Made by a program: the position numbers and the translations under genes
Assembly: GCA_046597055.1 (NCBI GenBank)
Contig: JBKJLC010000070.1
Span: 1 to 21,243, forward strand
Direction of reading: 5' to 3'
DNA: 21,243 nt
From: Kofleriaceae bacterium
Lineage (GTDB): Bacteria > Myxococcota_A > Polyangia > Haliangiales > Haliangiaceae
In this document: positions 1 to 7,372 of the stretch, one piece after another
How the letters are laid out: each line of letters starts with the position of its first letter
How positions within the stretch are numbered: position 1 is the first letter of the stretch
The notes under the pieces: generated by a model
The model's database searches: none
The model's input: only the letters and a program-made list of their open reading frames with translations
What the model was told of the DNA's origin: nothing

Positions 1-3
1 GGG

Positions 4-182
4 TCAGCCGCAGTCCGAGCCGGGTGGGCATTCCGGGACGAGCTCGCGAGCGCAGCTGGCGAACTGCAGTGCGTCGGCGGGGCCGGGGCGGTAGCTGGCG
101 AGGCAGTCGTCGTGCCGCGGTAGATGGCGCAGCCGCTCGAGGCGATCAGGCGGGCGAACGAGGCCAGGGCTCCGAGGCGCAT
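4..182 (-). pseudogene. Possible frameshifted small Cys-rich lipoprotein gene
   Basis: ATG at 182 gives the signal-peptide-like MRLGALASFARLIASSGC. Near 115 the GC3-rich reading switches to a second frame, HDDCLASYRPGPADALQFASCARELVPECPPGSDCG*, ending at TGA 4-6. Confidence 0.25.
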
Positions 183-328
183 GAACCCTGGCAACGCAAG
201 GGGCGCGCCGATGGCCAGGTGCGCGAGATCCGTACGGGAGTGGCCGAAGAGACTCAGGAATTCACGAGGGGCGCGGGTCGCTGGCTGTGAAAGTTCGGGG
301 TCAGACACGCGTGCTACTCGACCGATCG

Positions 329-1558
329 ATGCGGGTGCTCCACACGTCGGACTGGCACCTCGGGCACCTCCTGCACGACGTGTCGCGCGAGCGGGAGCAC
401 GCCGCGTTCCTGCGCTGGCTGGTGGCGACCATCGAGGCCGAGGCGGTCGACGCCGTCCTCATCACCGGCGACATCTTCGATGGTGGCAACCCGTCGGCGG
501 CAGCCCAGGCGATGTGGTTCGGGTTCCTGGCCGAGGTCCACCGGCGCCGGCCGGCGCTGACGGTGGTCGCCATCGCCGGCAACCACGACTCGCCATCCCG
601 GCTGGTCGCGCCGTCGCCCTTGCTCGCCAGTGTGCGCGCCCACGTGGTGGGTGCCCTGCCCCGCGCGGAGGGCGGCGGGTTCGCGGCCGGCGATCTGTGC
701 GTGCCGCTCCCGGGCCCGGATGGGGAGGTCGCGGCGTGGGCGGTCGCGGTCCCGTTCCTGCGCCCGGTCGATCTCGACGACGACTCCGAGGGCGGCGTCC
801 GCGGCGTGTACGAGGCGGCGCTGGCCGCGGCGCGCGCGCGGCGGCGGCCGGGCCAGGCGATCGTCGTGCTCGGCCACCTCAACGTCACCGGCGGCGAGCC
901 GTCGTGGCTGTCGGAGCGGCGGGTGAGCGTGGGCGGGGTCGAGGCGATCGGCGCCGACGTGGTCGGTGGCAACGCCGGCGATGTCGCATACGTCGCGCTC
1001 GGGCACCTGCACAAGGCGCAGCGGGTTGGCGCCGACCACGTGCGCTACGCCGGCTCGCCGATCCCGCTGGCGATGACCGAGGCCGACTACCGGCACCAGA
1101 TCGTGATGGTCGACCTGGTCGGGGACCAGCTGTCCGCGATCCGGACACGCGAGGTGCCGCGGACGATCCAGCTGCTGCGGATCCCGCGGGTGGCGGCCCC
1201 GCTGGCCGACGTGCTGGCCGCGCTCGAGACGCTCGACGACGAGCTGCCCGGCGAGGATCCCGACCTGCGGCCGCTGCTCGAGGTGCGGGTGCGGCTGACC
1301 GAGCCCGAGCCGCACCTGCGGGCCCGGATCGAGCAAGCGGTGCGCGGCAAGCGGCCACGGCTGGTGCGGATCGCGCCCGAGCACGGCGGCGACCGGCGCG
1401 CGCTCGGCGACGCGGCGCCGGCCCAGGCCCTGGCCGACCTCGACCCGCGCGACGTGCTGCGCCGCAAGTGGGGCCGCGAGCACGACGGCGAGGTCCCGGC
1501 CGACGTGCTGCGCGCGTTCGAGCAGCTGCTGGCCGAGGTCACGGTGGAGGCGCCATGA
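329..1558 (+). CDS. sbcD: Exonuclease SbcCD subunit D (Mre11-like metallophosphoesterase)
   Basis: Begins MRVLHTSDWHLG (ATG at 329 preferred over GTG at 287). Metallophosphoesterase motifs DxH, ITGDIFD, AGNHDS and ALGHLH, plus RYAGSP. Stop overlaps the sbcC start (ATGA at 1555-1558). Confidence 0.95.
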   Translation: MRVLHTSDWHLGHLLHDVSREREHAAFLRWLVATIEAEAVDAVLITGDIFDGGNPSAAAQAMWFGFLAEVHRRRPALTVVAIAGNHDSPSRLVAPSPLLASVRAHVVGALPRAEGGGFAAGDLCVPLPGPDGEVAAWAVAVPFLRPVDLDDDSEGGVRGVYEAALAAARARRRPGQAIVVLGHLNVTGGEPSWLSERRVSVGGVEAIGADVVGGNAGDVAYVALGHLHKAQRVGADHVRYAGSPIPLAMTEADYRHQIVMVDLVGDQLSAIRTREVPRTIQLLRIPRVAAPLADVLAALETLDDELPGEDPDLRPLLEVRVRLTEPEPHLRARIEQAVRGKRPRLVRIAPEHGGDRRALGDAAPAQALADLDPRDVLRRKWGREHDGEVPADVLRAFEQLLAEVTVEAP

Positions 1559-4500
1559 AGATCCTCGCGATCCGCGGCCAGGATCTGGCGAGCCTGGCCG
1601 GCAAGTTCGAGGTCGCGTTCGACGCCGAGCCGCTGGCCGGGGCCGGCCTGTTCGCGATCGTCGGCGAGACCGGCGCCGGCAAGACCACCCTGCTCGACGC
1701 GATGTGCGCGGCGCTGTTCGACAAGACCCCGCGGCTCGAAGGCCACAGCGGGTTCAAGGTCGGGCGCGGCGACGACAAGCAGCGGCTGGGCGCCAACGAC
1801 GTGCGCGCGCTCGTGCGCAACGGCGCCGGCAGTGGCTGGGCCGAGGTCGACTTCGAGGGCAAGGACCGGCGCCGGTACCGGGCGCGCTGGGAGGTGCAGC
1901 GCGCGCGCAAGCGGCTGGCCGGCAACTGGCAGGACCAGCGCATGAAGCTGGTCCGGCTCGACGACGGCAAGGCGCTGGGCAGCACCAAGAGCGAGGTGCT
2001 CGCCGAGATCCGCCGGGTGCTCGGGCTGTCGTACGACGAGTTCTGTCGGTCGGCGCTGCTCGCGCAGTTCCAGTTCGCGCGGTTCCTGCGGGCGACCGGC
2101 AGCGATCGCGCCGCGCTGCTCGAGCGCATGACGGGCACCCAGATCTACGGCGACGTCTCGGTGGCCGCGTTCCGCAAGGCGGCGTGGTTCGCCGGCGAGC
2201 GCCGGCGGCTGGCCGAGGCGGCCGGCCTGGTCGCGGTGCTCGACGACGACGCCCGGGCCGCGCTGGTGGCGCGCGAGGCGGCGGCGCGGGGCGGCATCGT
2301 GCGCGGGCGCACCGTGACGGCGGCGCTCGCGGTCGCCGGCCACTGGCGCGAGCGGGCCGCGGTGCTGGCGCGGGCGCTCGCCGACGGCGAGGCCGAGGTC
2401 GGGGCGGCCGACGCGGCGTGCCAGGCGTCGGCGGCGCTCGCGGCCGAGGTCGCCGCGGTCGAGCGAGTCGCGGCGGTGCGCGGGCGGTGGGAGGCCCGGG
2501 GCCGGGCGCACGCGCGGCACCAGCAGGCGGCGGCGGGCGCCGCCGAGCTGGTCCAGGTGGCGGCGGCGGCCGAGGACGCCGAGCGCGAGACCGCCCGGGC
2601 GGCGGCGGCGGCGGCGGCGCTGGCGGCGGCGATGGCCGCGGCGACGGCGGTCGCGCCCGAGCTGACCCAGGCCCGCACCCTCGACGTGCAGCGGGGCGAG
2701 GCGGCCCGCGAGGCCGCGAGCGCGGCGGCCGAGGCGCGGTCGGCGGCGGGGGAGGCCCGCATCGCAAGCGAGCTGGCGAGCGCGGCGGCCGACGCGGTGG
2801 CCACCGCCGAAGCGGCGATCGCTGCCGACGAGGGCTGGCTGTCCGTCCACGCCGGTCGCGCCGCGCTGGCCCGGGACTGGCCGCGCTGGTCGGCGCTGTT
2901 CGATCGCGTGATCACCGCGCGGGCGGGACGCGACCGGGCCCGGGCCGAGCTCGATCGGCTGACGCCCGACGTCTCGGCCGCGGAGTCGGCGTTCGCGGCC
3001 GCGACCACGACGCTGACGCACGCCCGCGCGGCGCACGAGCAGGCCAAGGCGATCGCCGACACCGCCGAGGAGCGCGCGCGGGCGGCGCCGCTGCGGCCGG
3101 CCGAGCGCGCGCTGACCGCAGCCGACGAGCGCGCCCGCGGGATCGCCGCGGTGGCGGCGGTGGTGATCGCGGCCCGGCAGGCGGCGGCCGACCAGGTCTC
3201 GCTGCGCGCCGGGCGCGACGACGCCGAGCGCGACGTCGCCGGCGCCGGCGCGGGCGAGGCCGCGGCCCGCGCGGCGCTGGTTCGGACCGACGCGGCGCTC
3301 GACGAGGCGACCACCACGCTCGACCGCCTGCGCGGCGCGGCCGGTCACGCCGGCGCGCGCGCCGAGCTGGCCGCGGGCGATCCGTGCCCGGTCTGCGGCG
3401 CCACCGAGCACCCGTGGGCCGGCGGCGTCGTCGACCGGCTGGTCGCCGAGCAGAGCGCGCGGATCACGACGCTGCGCGAGACCGCGGCGGCCGAGCGGCG
3501 CGGGCTGACCGAGGCGCAGGTCCGCGCGCGGATCGGGGCCGACCGGGTGGCGGCCCGGGTCGCCGGGCTGGCGGCGATCGCCGCGCGCGCACCCGGGCTC
3601 ACCGCGGCCTGGCGCGACGGGCTGGCCGCGCTCGGCGAGCTGCCGCTGGCCGGTGACCCGGCGAGCGACGCGGCGGCGACCTGGCTGGCGGTGGCCGAGC
3701 GGGCCGCAGCGACCGGCCTCGCCCGCGCCCGCGAGGTCCGCGACGCGGCGGCGGCGCTGGCCGCCGCGGCGACCACCGCCCAGAGCGCCGCGCTGGCCGC
3801 GGCCGAGGCGGTCGAGCAGGCGCGCACCGCGCGCGAGCAGCGGCGCGACGCGGCGATGCTCGTGGTCGCCGCTCGCGAGGCGGCCGAGCGCGCGGTCGCG
3901 AGCCACGGCGAGGCGCTGGCGGCGGCGCGCGGCGAGCTGGCGCCCGCGCTGTCCGGTGCACCGGACGATCTGCGCGGGCTCGACCACGACGCCGCGGCGC
4001 TGGCCGACCGGCTGGCCGCCGAGGTCGCGACCTGGCGGGCCCGCGCCGGCGAGGTCGAGCGCCGGCGCGCCGCGCTGATCGAGCAGCGCCCGGCGGCGGC
4101 GGCCAGCCGGGCCCGGGCCGACGCGCTGGCCCGCGGCGCCGGCGATCGCGCCGCGGCGGCGGCGCGCTGTCAGGCCGCGCTCGAGACCCTGACCGCCGCG
4201 CGCGCCCCGCTGCTGGGCGGCCGCACGGTGGCGACGGTCGAGGCCGCGCTGCGCACCGCCGCCGACGAGGCGCAGGCGCGCGTGGCCGCCACCGGCGCCG
4301 ACCACACCGCCGCGCGCGACCGCCGCACCGACGCGCAGGCCCGCCGCACCGCGGGCGACGCCCACGCGCTGGCCGCGCACGGCGAGCTCGCCGCGGCCGC
4401 CGCCGCCCTGGCCGGCGCGCTGGTCGAGGCCGGCCTCGACGAGGCCACCGCGACCCCGCTGCTCGCCCGCGACGTCGGCTGGCTCACCGGTGCGCGCGCC

Positions 4501-5376
4501 GAGCTGGCCCGGCTCGCGCAGGCCTGCACCCAGGCCGCCGCGGTCGCGGCCGAGCGGCGCCGGCTGGTCGACGAGCACGCCGCCGGGCGCGCCGCGGTCA
4601 CCGCGGCCCTCGCCACCGCCGCGGTCGCCGACCCCGGCGCGCTCGCCGAGCCCGGCCCGGCCTGGGCGGCGCGGCTGGTCGCCGCCACCGCCGCGGTCGC
4701 CGAGGCCGAGGCGAGCCTGGCCACCGCCGAGGCCGTGCGCCGCGGCGACGACGAGGCCCGGGCCCGTCGCGACCGCCTGGCCGACGAGCGCGCCGCGCTC
4801 GATGCCACGGCGCGCCCGTTCGAGCAGCTCGCCGAGGTGATCGGCTCGGCCGACGGCAAGGCGCTGCGCAACTTCGCGCAGAGCCTGTCGCTCGACGCGC
4901 TGCTGGGCGCCGCCAACCACCATCTCGATCAGCTGGCGCCGCGCTACCAGCTCGCGCGGGTCACCGGCGAGGACCTCGAGATCGAGGTGATCGACCGCGA
5001 GATGGGCGACGACGTGCGCGCGGTCACCAGCCTGTCGGGCGGCGAGAGCTTCCTGGTCTCGCTCGCGCTCGCGCTCGGGCTGTCGTCGCTCACCGCCGCC
5101 GACGTCGAGGTCAAGACCCTCTTCATCGACGAGGGTTTCGGCTCGCTCGACCCGGCCACCCTCGACGCCGCGCTGTCGGTGCTCGACGCCCTGCGCGCCA
5201 CCGGCCGCCAGGTCGGCATCGTCTCCCACGTGCGCGAGCTCGAGGAGCGGGTCGCCGCGTCGGTCGCGGTCCGCTCGGTGGGCGGCGGCAAGAGCGTGGT
5301 CGCGGTCAGGAGCGGGGCCCATCCCCGCGCCGCCGGCGGCTACGGTCCTGGCGCGGACTCGCTCCGCCGGTCCTGA
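1555..5376 (+). CDS. sbcC: Exonuclease SbcCD subunit C (Rad50/SMC-like ATPase)
   Basis: True start MKILAIRG at 1555 within the 124..5376 ORF. Walker A GETGAGKT, Q-loop LLAQ, central zinc hook CPVCG, signature LSGGE, Walker B/D-loop FIDEGFGSLD, H-loop IVSHV and long coiled-coil arms. Confidence 0.96.
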   Translation: MKILAIRGQDLASLAGKFEVAFDAEPLAGAGLFAIVGETGAGKTTLLDAMCAALFDKTPRLEGHSGFKVGRGDDKQRLGANDVRALVRNGAGSGWAEVDFEGKDRRRYRARWEVQRARKRLAGNWQDQRMKLVRLDDGKALGSTKSEVLAEIRRVLGLSYDEFCRSALLAQFQFARFLRATGSDRAALLERMTGTQIYGDVSVAAFRKAAWFAGERRRLAEAAGLVAVLDDDARAALVAREAAARGGIVRGRTVTAALAVAGHWRERAAVLARALADGEAEVGAADAACQASAALAAEVAAVERVAAVRGRWEARGRAHARHQQAAAGAAELVQVAAAAEDAERETARAAAAAAALAAAMAAATAVAPELTQARTLDVQRGEAAREAASAAAEARSAAGEARIASELASAAADAVATAEAAIAADEGWLSVHAGRAALARDWPRWSALFDRVITARAGRDRARAELDRLTPDVSAAESAFAAATTTLTHARAAHEQAKAIADTAEERARAAPLRPAERALTAADERARGIAAVAAVVIAARQAAADQVSLRAGRDDAERDVAGAGAGEAAARAALVRTDAALDEATTTLDRLRGAAGHAGARAELAAGDPCPVCGATEHPWAGGVVDRLVAEQSARITTLRETAAAERRGLTEAQVRARIGADRVAARVAGLAAIAARAPGLTAAWRDGLAALGELPLAGDPASDAAATWLAVAERAAATGLARAREVRDAAAALAAAATTAQSAALAAAEAVEQARTAREQRRDAAMLVVAAREAAERAVASHGEALAAARGELAPALSGAPDDLRGLDHDAAALADRLAAEVATWRARAGEVERRRAALIEQRPAAAASRARADALARGAGDRAAAAARCQAALETLTAARAPLLGGRTVATVEAALRTAADEAQARVAATGADHTAARDRRTDAQARRTAGDAHALAAHGELAAAAAALAGALVEAGLDEATATPLLARDVGWLTGARAELARLAQACTQAAAVAAERRRLVDEHAAGRAAVTAALATAAVADPGALAEPGPAWAARLVAATAAVAEAEASLATAEAVRRGDDEARARRDRLADERAALDATARPFEQLAEVIGSADGKALRNFAQSLSLDALLGAANHHLDQLAPRYQLARVTGEDLEIEVIDREMGDDVRAVTSLSGGESFLVSLALALGLSSLTAADVEVKTLFIDEGFGSLDPATLDAALSVLDALRATGRQVGIVSHVRELEERVAASVAVRSVGGGKSVVAVRSGAHPRAAGGYGPGADSLRRS

Positions 5377-5386
5377 GCGAACCCCT

Positions 5387-5412
5387 CCGCCCGTGACCCA
5401 CGGTGCGGGCGG
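5387..5412 (+). terminator. GC-rich hairpin just downstream of sbcC (possible terminator or RNA-stability element)
   Basis: CCGCCCG (5387-5393) pairs with CGGGCGG (5406-5412), 10 nt after the sbcC stop. No U-tract follows. Confidence 0.25.
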
Positions 5413-5454
5413 CCCTCCGGCCGCGTGCGCGCTGCGCGAGCGGTCCCCACGGTC

Positions 5455-5505
5455 CGAACCCATGACATGGGTTACATCAAGCATGCCAGGACATGGGTGA
5501 CACTC
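5455..5505 (-). mobile_element. Putative orphan IS481-family terminal sequence (remnant)
   Basis: Two 13-bp direct repeats 26 bp apart: GACATGGGTTACA (5464-5476) and GACATGGGTGACA (5490-5502). On the minus strand they read TGTCACCCATGTC...TGTAACCCATGTC, resembling the repeated TGT-starting motifs recalled for IS481-type ends. No transposase in the window. Confidence 0.45.
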
Positions 5506-5599
5506 CCGGGGCGTCTGGCGTCTGCCGGCAGAGCGCCAAGGTGCCGCACGTCGCTCCGACGGGCTGCCCTTCGCCGGCGGGCTCGCGTGCGCTCGCCCT

Positions 5600-5688
5600 G
5601 GCTCAGGGCCACCCGTCGAAGATCGCGTACTGCACCCTTCGCGTCTGGCCCTTCGACACGGCGCCTTCGGCGCCGGCTCAGGGCCACC
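5600..5688. repeat. REP-like palindromic/direct repeat element
   Basis: 14-bp direct repeat GGCTCAGGGCCACC (5600-5613, 5675-5688), inverted pair GTCGAAG (5615-5621)/CTTCGAC (5651-5657) and perfect hairpin GGCGCC-TTC-GGCGCC (5660-5674). Confidence 0.45.
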
Positions 5689-5954
5689 GGGAAAGGGTGA
5701 GCGCTTTCGATCACATGGAGACTGGTGATCAATCCCGAGGCGGGCCGGCCCGCGGCCCGCCCGTCGAAGCGCGGGGGCCACCACCCTGGGTGGCTGCCCT
5801 CCGACGCGGACGGGCGGACGGCGAACGACGGACGAGCCCCACGCCGTTCGACGCCCCGCTTCACGCGGGTCTTCGTGGACGCGCTGATCGCCGAACCCGA
5901 CGCGCGCCAGGCGCCGCGAGCCGGTGCCCCTCACGAGTGAGTCAGGCCGGCGCG

Positions 5955-6854
5955 TCAGTCGCCGACGCGATTCCGCCCGGCCGCCTTGGCCGCGTACATC
6001 GATCGGTCGGCGGCCCCGACCAGCGCCTCGGGCGTCACCAGCGTTGGCACCGAGAACGCGGCGACCCCGATCGACGCCGTCACCCGGACCGTCCGTCCGT
6101 CGTCGGTGGTGATGACCAGGGCCTCGAGCACCTTGCGCAGCCGCTCGGCCGTGAGGCGCGCGTTGGCGGGCGGGATGCCGCGCAGGAGCACCGCCAGCTC
6201 CTCGCCGCCGTAGCGGGCCACGACGTCCTCGGCGCGCAGGGTCGCCGTCAGCGCCTGGGCGGTCGCGACCAACACCTGGTCGCCAGCCAGGTGGCCGTAG
6301 GTGTCGTTGATCTTCTTGAAGTGGTCCAGGTCCAACAGCAGGAGCGAGAGCTCGGTCCGGTGCCGGCGCGCGAACGGCAGCTCGGTGGCCAGCCGCTCGT
6401 GGAAGTACCGCTTGTTGTAGATCCCGGTCAGCCCGTCGCGGACCGACGACTGATGCAGGTGCTCCTGGAAGGCCTCCTCGACGATGTCGAGCAGCGCGAA
6501 GCGCACGAACGTCGAGTGGCCGAGCTGGATCCGGTCGCCGTCGACCAGCGGCACCTGGCCACCGACGACCGCGCCGTTGATGAACGTGCCGTTGCGGCTG
6601 TTCAGATCTTCGATCGTGGTCGAGTCGCCGTCGACGACCACGCGGGCGTGCTCGCGCGACACGCCCTCGTCCGGGATCTGTAGCGCCGCCTCGCTGGTGC
6701 GCCCGATGATCGATACGCCCTGGGCCAGCGGCACCACCTGACCCAGCGAGATCCCGGTGAGCATCACCAGCGCGGGCCGACGGTTCCCGGGCAACAGCAG
6801 TCGGGCCGACGTCCCGTGCTCGGCGATGTTGGTCTGCTCCTCCCAGTCCGTCAT
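5955..6854 (-). CDS. FHA-domain diguanylate cyclase (FHA-GGDEF)
   Basis: FHA motifs IIGR...VSREHA...SRNGTFING. GGDEF domain with DGLTGIYNKRYF, DLDHFKKINDTYGH, I-site RAED and active site RYGGEEL. Confidence 0.93.
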   Translation of the reverse strand: MTDWEEQTNIAEHGTSARLLLPGNRRPALVMLTGISLGQVVPLAQGVSIIGRTSEAALQIPDEGVSREHARVVVDGDSTTIEDLNSRNGTFINGAVVGGQVPLVDGDRIQLGHSTFVRFALLDIVEEAFQEHLHQSSVRDGLTGIYNKRYFHERLATELPFARRHRTELSLLLLDLDHFKKINDTYGHLAGDQVLVATAQALTATLRAEDVVARYGGEELAVLLRGIPPANARLTAERLRKVLEALVITTDDGRTVRVTASIGVAAFSVPTLVTPEALVGAADRSMYAAKAAGRNRVGD

Positions 6855-6860
6855 GACCGC

Positions 6861-6866
6861 ATGGTA
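6861..6866 (-). promoter_or_regulatory. Putative -10 element for a leaderless transcript of the FHA-GGDEF gene
   Basis: TACCAT (TAnnnT) lies exactly 6 nt upstream of the ATG at 6854, with no Shine-Dalgarno in between. Confidence 0.4.
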
Positions 6867-6930
6867 GACGGCCCCGCCCGCCCGCGCACCCGGTCGGCGC
6901 CACGCTCGCCGAGCCGGCGACCCGGTCGAC

Positions 6931-7296
6931 CTACCCGCGGGTCGAGCTGGCGGCGACCCCGACCGCCGCGACCAGCTCGTCGGCCCCGAACGGCTTGCGG
7001 AGCCAGCGCGAGGATGCCGGCATGGCGCTGGGCGGGTTGGCCGACACCACCAGGACCGGGAACGTCTTCGTGTGCTTGCGCGCCCGCAGCGCGCCGATCA
7101 CCTCGTACCCGTTCATGTCATCCATGTTCAGGTCGAGCACGACGACGCACGGGGTGCCGACCCGGCCCAGGAACGCGAGCGCATCGGCCCCGCTGCCGAC
7201 GGCGACGACCTCGAAGCCGGCGCGCACCAGGACCTCGCTGGTCGCCTGCCGGAAGTCATCGTCGTCATCGACGACGAGCACGCGCTGCCTGGGCAT
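6931..7296 (-). CDS. Single-domain response regulator (CheY-like receiver)
   Basis: RVLVVDDD acidic pocket, phospho-acceptor in VVLDLNM, switch Ser in VVSA, conserved KPF. 121 aa with no output domain. Confidence 0.92.
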   Translation of the reverse strand: MPRQRVLVVDDDDDFRQATSEVLVRAGFEVVAVGSGADALAFLGRVGTPCVVVLDLNMDDMNGYEVIGALRARKHTKTFPVLVVSANPPSAMPASSRWLRKPFGADELVAAVGVAASSTRG

Positions 7297-7372
7297 GCAG
7301 CCCTATACAGGGGCCAGGCGCGATCTCGAGAGTGGATTCGGCCGGCGGTGGCGGGATCCGGCCCGGGTCGGC

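Noticed and set aside
124..1554. N-terminal 477-aa extension of the SbcC ORF
   Set aside because: Overlaps sbcD out of frame. SbcC homology starts at MKILAIRG (1555) with an ATGA coupling.
329..5376. SbcCD as a novel SMC-type anti-phage/anti-plasmid defence system
   Set aside because: Canonical two-gene sbcDC layout with zinc hook and no accessory effector genes. Best explained as housekeeping DNA repair.
5425..5940. Small ORFs in the sbcC-GGDEF gap (5425..5700, 5472..5864, 5725..5940)
   Set aside because: No motifs or convincing RBS, they cross repeat remnants, and none resembles a transposase catalytic domain.
5377..5954. CRISPR array, tRNA or riboswitch in the intergenic gap
   Set aside because: Repeats occur only twice and are 13-14 bp, with no repeat-spacer periodicity, cloverleaf or recognisable riboswitch consensus.
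1087..6903. 1938-aa minus-strand ORF and other long Arg/Gly/Pro-rich ORFs (e.g. 1704..3656, 7832..9616, 11837..13969, 18004..19941)
   Set aside because: Shadow or alternative frames of well-supported genes. Stops are rare at this GC content and the translations have no recognisable motifs.
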